Part shown: positions 47,801-52,800 of the stretch, piece by piece
How positions within the stretch are numbered: position 1 is the stretch's first letter
Layout: each line of letters opens with the position of its first letter
Origin: an uncultured virus (IMG/VR IMGVR_UViG_3300029319_000023)
Taxonomy: Duplodnaviria; Heunggongvirae; Uroviricota; Caudoviricetes
DNA length: 64,000 nucleotides
Virus record (IMG/VR): IMGVR_UViG_3300029319_000023
Reading direction: 5' to 3' (one strand)
Notes under the pieces: model-generated
Seen by the model: the letters and a program-made list of their open reading frames with translations, nothing else
Database searches by the model: none
Told to the model about the DNA's origin: nothing
Program-made: the position numbers and the translations under genes

Positions 47801-48204
47801 CAGATACCCTTAGAGATGGAATGAGAATCTTTATTAACGATACTAATGTTGGTACAGGTGTAACTTCTATCGATACTCACAATTCCCAAGTAATTGGTAT
47901 TGGTACAACTGCTTGTAACAACATCTATAAAGTTCACCAAGTTCAGTATGATGCAGGTAACGGAATCATAACCACTTTCTGCAATATTGATTCAAATTCA
48001 AATACTTCTGGACTCAGTACTGTTGGATTTGCATACACTAATGTTGGTACCTACAGTTGGGGAATTGTTACTGGATTTAGTAGAGGAAGTAATCCAATCG
48101 CACTTAATGTCGATGGAAATACGTTCTCTGTTGGTCTAGGATCTTACCCACTTTTCCAGAGAAGAGGGTTCGGTTTAAGGGGTACTGGAGGAATCACAAA
48201 ATAA
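26842..48204 (+). CDS. gp7: Giant baseplate wedge initiator (gp7-like), 7120 aa, with an extensive repeat region
   Basis: Between gp6 and gp8; N-terminal QLPRFV...FLRQYY and FYKTKGT.ESFRILFNVLYG; YYQNLSY...VHPTG; YHYH-like SPIIGWAYDGNPIFGP segment; late-promoter-like ATAAATA at 26741. Confidence 0.85.
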   Translation: MINKRVKIKDVIESQLPRFVLEDNPKFADFLRQYYISQEFQGGSIDLAENLDQYIKLDNLIDNVINPDIILERECTATSSEIVLSSSEGLPDEYGLIKINDEILTYTELDGNTIKGCIRGFSGISKYRDENNPEELVFESTDASAHTSGVLVFDTTGYAAADYYYQSATITKMFGIIRVRARGTSGRSTPTTFRLGITNIDNDFYQLSNANRDVNTNDLTNLGIDSLGLNQTIVIDEGDTIEFIVNAQGFPVWIQNIGNGYDTTAVLTTGVTNGGASTTTAVQNLSVEFLKEYYIKLKELYAPGFEDRTLNSGINVGNFLKNVNSFYKTKGTRESFRILFNVLYGKKVQVVDLEDFVVKSSTSDYLRRAIVVVSAISGNPLLLTGQTLYQDADPTNPDVQPASGPISEVEIFTRQGEEFYKIPLFVGYNEQSLVSGSFFVPGFTKNTLLASANTRVINVDSTVGFSRSGSFYIDSLGITVTYTDKNLTQFLGCSGLTSDLPVGSEVRSTVIAYGYEEGDSTRKVEMRITGVLGEFEAQGSNYYLDVGNEIYIKSIGENIAPPADPLTLPTYKQRIFNSWIYNIATRYEVSEITGSTVSISDKFDKSNLRTGDSVDILARGTNTITTTAVVTVIDNNTVQLSNTTGITTDRNWDIRRVISRATSSNNLIEFGNQTIISNIQNAYVTKDKVNESMYVATQGLPSFSFSVDRVFVDFNGQDVGIGQIDQLVSFQTNLPFVTGDEIVYEALSGSTVLEGLESGKRYFIWVNPAANNQLKLANARSFIEVSKFIDLKQGTGTHRLTLASQYGKQIQPQKILRQFPLKPSVSSGLAQTTTYGPTGMLINGIEILNYKSNDYLYYGPLQSVELVSGGTDYDVINPPKIEVSNPGAGGTVAVINPVLSGSLKSLYLENRESYDIDQVFGINIEGGNGEGASGEITLSQDYTEANFNAKNILANGGVDIPGNTLTFVGAHNFKTGQKIVYNSNGNQPLGVALTLGSDDITQYDPESTLQNGVTYFANVINTTTIKLHETEDDANAGVATVGITTFNTLGIHKFRSFDFKNKIQNISVVTEGSDYTKRTYEIKTTGISTGTNCFIVKNHGFQNNEDVIYQATNSIPELTTDTNYRIIRISADEFRLALSETDVTRGRYIFLSDVGSGIHTVKYPDITANIVASIGGTTVSIPCEPDVRGEIIGAYLSEPGSDYGSKVLNFEKPPLITVSSGSGAQFQPLISNGIITQVQIIGAGSNYTSAPDLTVVGPTGSGAQLKAKLNASGKVATVEVISGGIGYDAEDTAIVVRSVGQSGIIESTVRPLTVNLHEKYSTDDFLNAETQYPIQYASLAYSQDLQTDFGDTLAQRSPIIGWAYDGNPIFGPFATRDPKQNTGITTYVRSGYQLASHLVPNRPDPGEYPAGFFVEDYKFMGTGDLDVHNGRWFVSDDFPDGIYGYVATLEIDPGTGLPRASFPYYIGDTYIAPKASQSISQDDDINALDLSRNTYPYRLKSNSASYDFVIEADELVGQEGVIDSVLTGGVEQLEIVEGGDLYKVGDVLEFDEEGTGGNGVSAQVSFVKGKSVTDLQSTNVQFDEVTFQKTADSEITGIIQPNHDFNNGEVIEIFNTNTDVKGLQGFHVVGVASERAILLDPVKAGAVGVITDLIVSRIPQNVSGGSSIKFSDGEVAKVLNVIESKNLLRIERTGIASFSASGTISYLQDRFTIDSDAPQFVSEFFPKKFFNPKQTVGVGTTVGNYETLNYTENNIAQTRVVEHKSIFLNKHPFLDGQKALFVKKSGQLSLGVATAIGVGTTATLVTDSLPRSGVEQEVYIVYKSINTIGIKTEKNGAELFFTSDGSNDDGYFVQGIGTAVRGSVLQPTTTVTTTQAHGLQVGDTINFNVIANQEVGIGTSSRVRLELNSEGLVIVDSQGISSAGVNTSTNRISIQGNNFKTGDRIYYEPKCPEPIGGLSRGRYYIYRDSPDNFRLCETYEDAVADVPVIVPLTSIGGTDHNFGLINPKIEIPSRSTAVFDLQNYELNGYDFKIYYDQGFNSEFVGTGQSTFAEVGDVLDAEDRVISIGNTYARLDVNNNIFCPKILYYNITKDGKPLIPDSDVKENNTIKYVNSAYTGNFAITGIGSSAVGVGTTTFSFAIAKTPEQVSYAATEGRRFYSTAAIGPEGPIDKINLLSNGEFYTKLPRFLGVESVKGDNSTIKPKSTKIGQINSIQLVNEGFNYSSDSTLRPIVDVPTVTTIRDFNTVGNISILSNGKNYISAPKLELVDRFVGTKVDGANIVARINENSGSIVDTEIAANPVGLQNREYRLYSVNNTNGIVITKSEANPTRSGIVTFTISTPVLGFSAPPFKVNDEVWIEGFEKDAGADGYNSANHQYNFLKVTNVVTTNPFSFTVDYSDYTFNVGLGVSDTQNFSRVIPKDELPTFRVDLKQASFDKNEKLIVNSEESDLQVISFDATAENIKFVGTSPIVPDDIIIGAKSGSQAKVVEILRFDGVYSVEAETDKTIEGTSDSGKLNSSGQVIQDNNYYQNLSYTLKTEVSYEECIDAVNNSVHPTGLKNFVDNQLVTVGKNAGIQTSTTATDATVDLVEEVRVDDQYYFDIGRDVNIATRSEVELSNEIELENAKLSDYFESITNRVLNIDDISSQFSNISNPNTLDLFENIYRYPFNFISNRFLVQITSEDRRDFQVSEITILQDGTNTYYSEPTFKKLHSTPQEIGTLEGSVDVDNSQVRLRFYPADPFDKNYDIKVLNQFYNTEPTLTGIGTTAFGFAVLMGSDAEIGPNTSKSFVSVAATNFDYLHSQVEVETVSAGQKETMFVELKAIHDGNDSYMSEYNIILSDGSFGGTNAGAFGTFGSTYDPSGNNFSIEFYNARPGEFVNLKARTLGFGNTVGTTNRDYRFLATGMIPDNERSAQYYTEYQSVGVGSTANFAGIKSDIQSVNQCTMVVGYGRTFSAFQYMFLNDQLGDSLYFSEYPVLSVGNTTGLGTVFAKYDGEKAVLVFTPEAGITDKMSMRTFNEVLYLELERNTVNPLEYGAVVEETFNTTYTGLNFRNIFEFPMLWNGYPIFSKTFNPANTSALNLATGKFRIKNHFFATGQELKYIPGGTFVGVVTAPMTLANGDPLPSPVYAIKDNEDEFRIGLTTAAAIAGIGTTLGSVGAGNLHEFDTTGKLSRSLIAIDGLVQKPLTWAPITRTLENNTTLSGGGVLGLGKTSTFMAISGISSVILGDIFEINDEFVLVEAVGVGTTNTEIDTAGIGTFNLCKIQRGSVGTAASFHPNGSIIQKYTGSYSFARNNIFFTGAPNGGKSSDEASTTGIPEAGSSFNGRVYLRKNYDSNKIFDDISGQFTGVAKTFALQSEGKNITGIGSEGGFGIFFVNNMFQKPQTPNNFNANLFIREQGGATDLTFTGILNESGDPIVSATDINQNGLPRGGVVVTLGSSEGRGFANLGNPSIGASINHAGEVYKVLTAPTTQGMSSITNYVYDHTIGLSTVTTSTAHGLEAGDSIDFVGIGFTCVPTKSGITTGVFPYTRGLKKTVVDFLYDNKTGMATVTTLERFGILEEGEEVFFNGIGFTCIGQKYAQISQKAGITTTLFPCRAGIAKTISAFNYDNTSGLGTITLATPHRYEEGDRIYIEDLNLKCGYGVNITDALYDAPTGLTTITTASAHNFSKGDKVRLQGLEFSCAGYGITFAISAFEYNNSTGITTITTPSPHGAKPGEQIKLTGLGFTCPKVNVGTPIGFTYEPSTGLSTVTFASNHGLTNGDKISIGASSIVFTCTLDGGATTHPYPRATDFAYNKYLPISGVTTNSFQVNVGTGGTGTFPHTFVSATTNAIKTLNYLGVTTSIFPDGTQGSQFRVTKVLSPTKILTNVGITSIPHVYDAGGEIQVGVTSHIYPTGKYGFEFIVSSTPTKNKFRVNVGPSTIAHTYVSGGNALLGLSTTIYPSAASGIGHSITDFIYDNTTGLSTVTVARNSLPFGLGDRINFAGLGFTCPSGFAGLTSTIFPQSLGRKYNIGTVYYDNSTGLATVTTTAAHDFKVTDSLDLQNLLFNCSSAYAGVTTHRFPDPATEPNRSFRVLRIVDPNTIWVDVGVSTIVHTYNLGRHTWVGGTASAAVQSGGNYVHTFLSAVTNGVQSDVGNLPNPITNVAYTPNTGNMVITSANHLLTTSNTLTIADNALSFTCTMDGNTATKTYPRSTDPVSGQIISITGTTTNTITVNVGASPIVNHDVTDATYDSDTGVLVLTIGAHSLTAGTSVKIANGALSFTCEDDGNVSTKTYPRASDPYYDTAINIDSVGADTITLNVGINTRGTVSAIKKTGPYEVTRLLPPRPYDVTNAIYDPVVGIMTVTIGNGHGISVGETVDIGTNALTFTCDMDSTGSQKTYPRNLIKSFTPTNAIYDPVVGVTTITVADHGMDDGSWVKLADNALSFRCGYGVTDHTFVSATTGAVNVQSGAVSGTELTPANATYNATTGALTLVFLSSHGMSTSDTVTLDYNSLTFTCAADYHATTHTYPRVTDPIAGITTAVTVTSGTEFIIYVGDALGSKSTKSYPRSSDPISGQWVQVSNTTANTFEIQALSDNSVPSTNVDSHTFISAVTDGITHKVDRSFEQPVEVVGVGNTTIDLQVGRSPQQLFNVTGAAYEPSTGVLELTIGAHNFVIGQHIKLATDSLSFRCALDGYSVTKTYPRASGTGINAGTPDYAYEKSLEISAVSSTTITINVNGAVGLSSISDLSAHTFISATAGAVIAGGNYAHTFVGVATGAITKGGPRFNCNVGITSYKHTYTPSIGVGEVSKLNFGGVDDTYIITGIVNKKAFNIDCGISTYQHFYNGGGITKKKLRTDAFIVDTVYDDRTFRTNVGVSSYRHVYDPKPSKEPGGISSITGMTYNTTTGIATFTVPSHGIKGGELISISGLALTCPGGTGITTHIFPDPNGLSRDISTATYNNATGIMTVTTNVGHGVTFVGQFVKLENLGFACTGGAGGSHTFVSAATSAVQTGGNYAHTFVPQYGLTPDTALYDPVTGIMTVTNQQLTVSDAIYDPVSGEMTLTVGVHRLTNYDSVRLDTESISFSCVFEGKLETKAYPRASGDYVNGKDLPIIRYTSDTITVNVNGGKGAISHAVPHTFVSATSKGVKVNHGLRNGDYIKFDDYAITFTCNKDGNATTHPYPRPTDPLSGTFTQVTVVDENRFSVGVLTVTPSTDVSPHTFVTAQPGGIKKAVIESGGDHPHTFVGTATSAIQSGGDYTHTWAGGTASSAIQSGGNYLHTFVSAGINSVTSDVGNLPNPVTNAVYTPSTGDMVITSAAHLLTTSNTISITNDGLSFNCAMDGNSATKTYPRSTDPISGIATAITGTTTDTFTINVGASPIVNHDVTNATYNAATGVMELTIGAHTLTTGTSVKIANNGLSFTCTMDGNTSTKTYPRSTDPFYDTAVAIAATTSNTISLNVGISTIVNHDVSAATYDAATGVMVLNIGAHTLRTGTSVKIANGSLPFTCTMDGNTSTKNYPRSTDPFYDTAVGIASTTSDTITLNVGKSPILPFDVSSATYDPATGLMVANIGAHTLKTGTAVKINENSLLFTCSQDDNATVHAYPRSTTGSLTATTGTVYDPVVGIMTVTTPAAHGMKNGDLVKLEDGAVSFSCQYGVGSVHTWAGGTVTNAITITVGPVQTQHDVTNATYDPATGDMVITIGTHSFTTDDLVEIGADKFAFTCTADGNVKTKYYPRSTDPAYNTPLNITAVDGAGGTITVNVGATSGTVATAYPRSTDFISNRWVEISNVTTKTFDVQVLDVIPSTNTDAHTFVSGKTNGITFKRAKDPYYNTSVAIAATTSDTISLNVGVSTTVNYNVSDASYDPNSGKMVLTIGSHDLDVGTSIKIADNSLTFTCDKDNNATQHSYPRTLIETKTVTDATYDPTTGMMVLTVPNHGFENGRQIKLADNSLSFTCTLDGNTSVKTYPRATDPVSGKWIKVENVTTNTFEVQTLATVPSTNVSVHTFVSATDEGLSHKRDPFYDNNINIEARTPNTITVNIGATPDLQQSTGLTGPTYFTDVPITGFNYTNTTGVTTITAVGHGLTTGENVKLSGIALTCTSGMKTYPDGGTGFFFGVTDVIDANTFVTNTGISTIVHTYVSGGNVRTGVTSDRFPNPQGAFIKIANFEYNNMTGLATVTTNGFNQLGTGQLINFENIHMLCPIGSGTTHVFPQDTGTAVNISNFQYDNQSGIATVTTATNHNFVRFKKVRLQGMTVSCAYGSKTYPDKQTDFELTTIVNSTTFVTNVGVSTLAHTYVSGGTAAEVKFAGPYTVKERIDRNTFTVNVGVSTYVHTYDHSGRVSPVRYTGPYEVLAIANSKEYTINVGRSPIAHTYTGGGTSKPQQYTGPYKVISADDANTIRVRVGISTYQHFYGSGGMVTQLRSGIAEKKLNPGPFRVKEVYSATEFTADVGICTFKHFYHSGGKVGKVNQFFPGSGFYGNSVPVTVVPENNVGTGLTITTTVGFGGSLVPSLDYVGTGFTIAPRLETPGPSYDDLPVRGLFRLGIGETTQTGIGLSVTLNVGGISTSGVASESSGVKNFTIGNRGYGFQVNDKVSPVGLVTAAKVLAGSKTVGYTTETEPFELQVVDTFSDTFYGWQFGQLDYIDDITSLQDGVTKRFPLFQNEQLVSFEKQDGTPISFPSLLIIFINGVLQIPEKDYSFEGGTAFEFTSAPAEADQVTIYFYRGSNDDVNTVNVVESIKIGDELILIKPVGVSTVPDQEPRVVNDIVASDILATNLYSRQGIDGNFKRPVVWRKQKVDRTVDGRIIPKTREALEPQIYPTARIIGSASSTQDYLFLDNTSLFNYENVSPSTNFDGIITPGTDPVVGILSVGVGTTGASAGTISTITVLNGGSGYTGIVTISISNPPDITVGFGTTALATAIISGGSIIGANITNAGSGYGTSAFALVPNPVVEIESITITPTVNGYDGDIIGITTSTGIGTDLCLKFTLTLPSSPSDTLRDGMRIFINDTNVGTGVTSIDTHNSQVIGIGTTACNNIYKVHQVQYDAGNGIITTFCNIDSNSNTSGLSTVGFAYTNVGTYSWGIVTGFSRGSNPIALNVDGNTFSVGLGSYPLFQRRGFGLRGTGGITK
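37275..46215 (+). repeat. Intragenic region of ~85-100-aa beta-rich repeat modules in gp7
   Basis: Recurrent YDxxTGxxTxT...H...G...FTC, KTYPRxTDP, TITxNVG and HTFVSA motifs; 255-nt tandem period at 42940/43195. Confidence 0.9.
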
Positions 48205-48208
48205 TGAG

Positions 48209-48216
48209 TATAAATA
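48209..48216 (+). promoter_or_regulatory. T4 late promoter TATAAATA
   Basis: Exact consensus, intergenic before gp8. Confidence 0.85.
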
Positions 48217-48253
48217 ATACCTAGATCCAATGTGTTTTAATTTTTAGAAAGCA

Positions 48254-49810
48254 ATGCCCGCTATAGTATCAGACCAATTTAGGATCCTAAACGCAGCCAA
48301 TTTCGTGTCTGATGTTTCAGATTCAAATAATTCGTATTATGTCGTTCTTGGACTCGCGAACCCAACTCAGGTTGGTTTTGGTAGGAGTTCCGATTGGGAT
48401 AATTCAACCCCGTATCCAGTAGATGATTTCAACTATGCTAATCATGTTCGTGATACTGCACTTTTTGGTAAGAAAATTACCAAAGACAATATCAGAAGAT
48501 TAATTAGAAGAGTTGACTGGACGCAAGGTACAATTTATGAAATGTACCGACACGATTACAGTATTCAATCTCCATCTCCTGTAACCAACTCTACTAGATT
48601 ATATGATGCGAACTACTATGTAATGAACTCAGACTTCCAAGTCTATATTTGTTTACAGAACGGTTCTTCAGGTATCAATACTGTTGGTAATCAATCTCTT
48701 GATGAACCAACTTTTACTGACCTTGAACCATCTAAAGCGGGTAATAGTGGAGATGGTTATGTTTGGAAATATATGTATACTGTCTCACCTGGAGATATTA
48801 TTAAGTTTGATACTTTGGAGTACATACCTGTACCAAATGAATGGGAAACGGCTACAGGTCCAGTTGCAGCGGTTAGAGATAATGGAAACTCGGATGTAAA
48901 CCTGAATCAAATTAAAACAGTTTATATTGAAAAACAAGGTGCGGGATATGGTATTGGGCAAAACCAACCCGTTGATATCCTTGGTGATGGAACAGGAGCA
49001 AAGGCAGTTTTATCTGTAGATACTTCAGGTAAGATTACTAGTGCCACTGTATCATCTGGTGGTAGTGGTTATTCTTTTGGTATTGTTGATTTATCTTCAA
49101 TTAATACTGGATCTATTACTGATAGAGCATTCTTAATTCCAATCATTCCACCAACAAAAGGACATGGTTTTAATGCATATAATGAATTAGGTGCTGACAA
49201 AGTTTTGATCTATGCTCGTTTTGACGATATCGGTGATTTCCCAACTTCTACAAAATTCTCACAAGTTGCTCTACTTAAGAACCCACTTTCTGTTGGTTCG
49301 ACATCTGTACAGTCTTCTAATTCATTTAGTTCCACAAATGCGATTGTTTTAGATACAATTTCTGACATTACGCAAATTAACGTAGGATCTAAAATTTCTC
49401 AAACTATCGGTGCTGGTGTTACTGCCTTTGGATGGGTAACATCTTTTGATAGTTCAACAAATGTTGTTAGATATGCTCAAGATAGATCTTTATACTTTAA
49501 CCAGTCTACAACAAATCAAGAAGACGACCCATTTGCTTCTCGTCAATCTTTCATCAAACATGCCTTTACAAGTGCCGTAGCGAACGTCACAATTGGTTCT
49601 GCAAGTTGCACAATCAATACAGGATTTACTGGTATTAATACAGTAAGTAGCGCAGGTGCTCTAATAGATCTTGGAATTAACTTCACAAGCGGTCTTTCTG
49701 GTCCAGAAATTGAAGTCTCATCGGGTGAGCTTATATATATTGATAACAGGCAAACCGTTTCGAGGAACCTGAGACAAAGAGAAGACGTAAAAATCGTACT
49801 GGAATTCTAA
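48254..49810 (+). CDS. gp8: Baseplate wedge subunit gp8
   Basis: MPAIVSDQFRILNA, YYVMNSDFQVYICL, DGYVWKYMY, YIDNR...QREDVKIVLEF. Confidence 0.92.
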   Translation: MPAIVSDQFRILNAANFVSDVSDSNNSYYVVLGLANPTQVGFGRSSDWDNSTPYPVDDFNYANHVRDTALFGKKITKDNIRRLIRRVDWTQGTIYEMYRHDYSIQSPSPVTNSTRLYDANYYVMNSDFQVYICLQNGSSGINTVGNQSLDEPTFTDLEPSKAGNSGDGYVWKYMYTVSPGDIIKFDTLEYIPVPNEWETATGPVAAVRDNGNSDVNLNQIKTVYIEKQGAGYGIGQNQPVDILGDGTGAKAVLSVDTSGKITSATVSSGGSGYSFGIVDLSSINTGSITDRAFLIPIIPPTKGHGFNAYNELGADKVLIYARFDDIGDFPTSTKFSQVALLKNPLSVGSTSVQSSNSFSSTNAIVLDTISDITQINVGSKISQTIGAGVTAFGWVTSFDSSTNVVRYAQDRSLYFNQSTTNQEDDPFASRQSFIKHAFTSAVANVTIGSASCTINTGFTGINTVSSAGALIDLGINFTSGLSGPEIEVSSGELIYIDNRQTVSRNLRQREDVKIVLEF

Positions 49811-49819
49811 ACTGAGACA

Positions 49820-52800
49820 ATGCCACAAAGAACCAATTTAAATATCAATCCATATTATGACGATTTTGACGCAGAAAACAATTACTATAGGGTATTGTTT
49901 AAGCCTGGTTTTCCAGTACAGGCTAGAGAATTAACTACGTCTCAATCTATTCTTCAGAATCAGATTGAAAAATTTGCTAGACATACTTTCAAAGATGGAT
50001 CTGTTGTAATACCTGGTGGAGTTAGCTATGATTTTGATTATCAATCAATTCAGATTGAATCAACTTTCCTTGGTTTAAATGTTAGTGATTATATTTCATC
50101 CTTTGTAGGAAAAGAGATTAGAGGACAACAAACAGGTCTTGAAGCAAAGATCGTAAATGTTCTTCTATCTTCGCAAACAGAAAGTGGTAATATTACTCTT
50201 TTCATAAAATATACTTCTGGTACAGCTAGTAATGATGTAGGTGCTTTCCAAGATGGAGAGACTTTAATTACTGAAGAAAACGTCGTATATGGAAATACAA
50301 CTATTTCTAGTGGAAACACTTTTGCAGTTACTATTGCAACAAGTGCAGCACAAATAGGTTCTGCTGCTCACGTAGATGCAGGTACTTTCTTCTTCAGAGG
50401 TTACTTCGTTGACGTTAAAAAGCAAACAGTAGTTTTAGACGAAGCAAACGATGCTCCTTCATACAGAGTCGGTCTTCAAATTAGTGAAGAAATTGTAAAC
50501 GCAAAGCAAGATAATACTTTATATGATAATGCAAAGGGTTTCACTAACTTTGCTGCTCCTGGTGCTGATAGATTTAAAATACAAACTACCTTAGTTAAAA
50601 AGAGTCTTACTGATCTTAATGACTCAAGTTTTATTGAACTCTTAAGAGTAGAAGAAGGTGTACTTTTAACAGTTCCTAATAAACCACAATATTCTGTTAT
50701 TAAAGATTATATTGCTGAAAGAGATTTTGAGAAAACTGGTAACTTCTTTGTTGAACCTTTTGACATCACTTTCCATGAGTGTTTGAATAATAGAAGAGGT
50801 AATAATGGTCTTTACTATGATAACCAAGTAACTGATGAAGGTAATGTTCCTTCTGATGATTTAGCTTGTGTTTCTATTGGATCTGGTAAAGCATATGTAA
50901 AAGGTTATGATATCGATAAACCTGTTGCAACAATTTTAGATATTCCAAAACCAAGAACAACTCGTAAAGTTGAACAAGCTTTTGTTCCATATAATCTAGG
51001 TAGTCAAATTCAAGTAAATAATGTTTATGGACATCCTGCAATTAAGAGAGAAATTCAATTATACAGTCAAAGATTAGGTGCTAATGGAACAACTCTTGCA
51101 GGTGAAAGAATTGGTGATGCTAGGTGTTATTCTTTTAATTTAAGTTCTGGAGAATACTTATCTCCTAGTACTCCATTTACTTTATTTGTTTATGACGTAA
51201 CATTATATCAGAAGTTACATCTTGCCAACCCTCTCAGTGCTGCTCAACTTCCTGCAGGTGCATATATCACAGGTCAATCTAGTGGTGCATCTGGATATGT
51301 AACCGCAGCTGGTACTGGAAGTGCTAAGATTTTTGTAAGGGATACATCTGGAACCTTCATCCAAGGTGAACAAATTTATATTAATGGTGTTAAAGAGAAT
51401 GCTAGAAAAACATTAGATGTAAGAGTCTTTGATAGTACTGATGTAAAATCTGTTTATCAGCAAGCTTCTACACTAGGTCTACAGGCAGATTTTTATGGTG
51501 ATGTACTTTTAGTTGGTCAACCTGTTCCTGGATTTAAAGAAACAGACCAGTTTAATATTACCACTACTGGTAAAGTATCACTTAATAGTAAATCTCTTAC
51601 TGGTATTAGGACAGATTCTTTACTTGCTGTTCAACAAGTTGGTTTTACAACTACCACATTGTATAGAGTAAAAGATATTGCAAAAACTGGTAAGGAAGTT
51701 ACTATAGAAGCGACTACAGATGTTATTGGAATTACTACTGGTGCTCTTCCTGCAGCGGATATTACATCAACAATTATTGCTTTTACACCTATTGTACAAA
51801 ACATTCAACAGGATGAGATGTATGTTGCTCTTCCACAAAGTGATGTTGCAACAGTAGATCTAAAAAATTCAAGTCTTGAGTACCATACCCAACTTACTGC
51901 ATTAGCAACTAATGGTTCTGGTGAAATGACAATCACCAATACCAGTGGTGTTCAAGGTGCTATATTTGAAGCATTTGATGAGGACAGATATAGTGTTGTT
52001 TATTCTGATGGTGTTATTGCAACAATCACAGCAAACAAATTTGAATATAATAGTGGTTCAAATACAATCACACTTAAAGGTTTAAGACCATCTCAGACTA
52101 ACGTTGTTGCCAACGTTGTAATGAAGAAACCTCAATTCAAGGCAAAAAATAAGGTTGTTAATCGTTCACATGTCGTAAATATTACCCGATCTGCAAACAA
52201 ACAGTCTGGATCTACAGCAAATAACAGTTTAAATGATGGTTTGTCCTATAGTACATTTTTTGGAACTAGAGTTCAGGACAAGAAAATTTGTTTGAACTAT
52301 CCAGAGGTTATTGAAATTATTGCTGTTCATGAGTCTTTTGATAGTAATGCACCTACATTTGATAAACTAAATCTAACTTCTGTAGAAAATGTACAGACTA
52401 GTGCGATTATTGGTGAAAGTATTATCGGTGCTAGTAGTAAAGCAATTGCAAGACTTGTAGCAAAACCTGGTGCTGCTCAAGTAGATTTTGTATATCTAAC
52501 TGATGCTAGGTTTATTGTTGGAGAAGATATTTCTTTTGATGAGAGTGATATTGTTGCAAGTATTGATAGTATTGTTAATGGAAATTATAAGGATATTACT
52601 TACAGATATGAATTGAATAATGGTCAGGAACATGCGTTCTCTAACTATGCTTCTATTAAGAGAACTGCTACTAGTGGTCAACCTCCAACTAAACAATTAA
52701 AAATTGTATTTGATTATTACTCTGTTCCTTCTGGAGATGATGGCGATGTTGTAACTGTAGATAGTTACCCACAGTCTGTGTTTAGAGGTTTAATACCAGA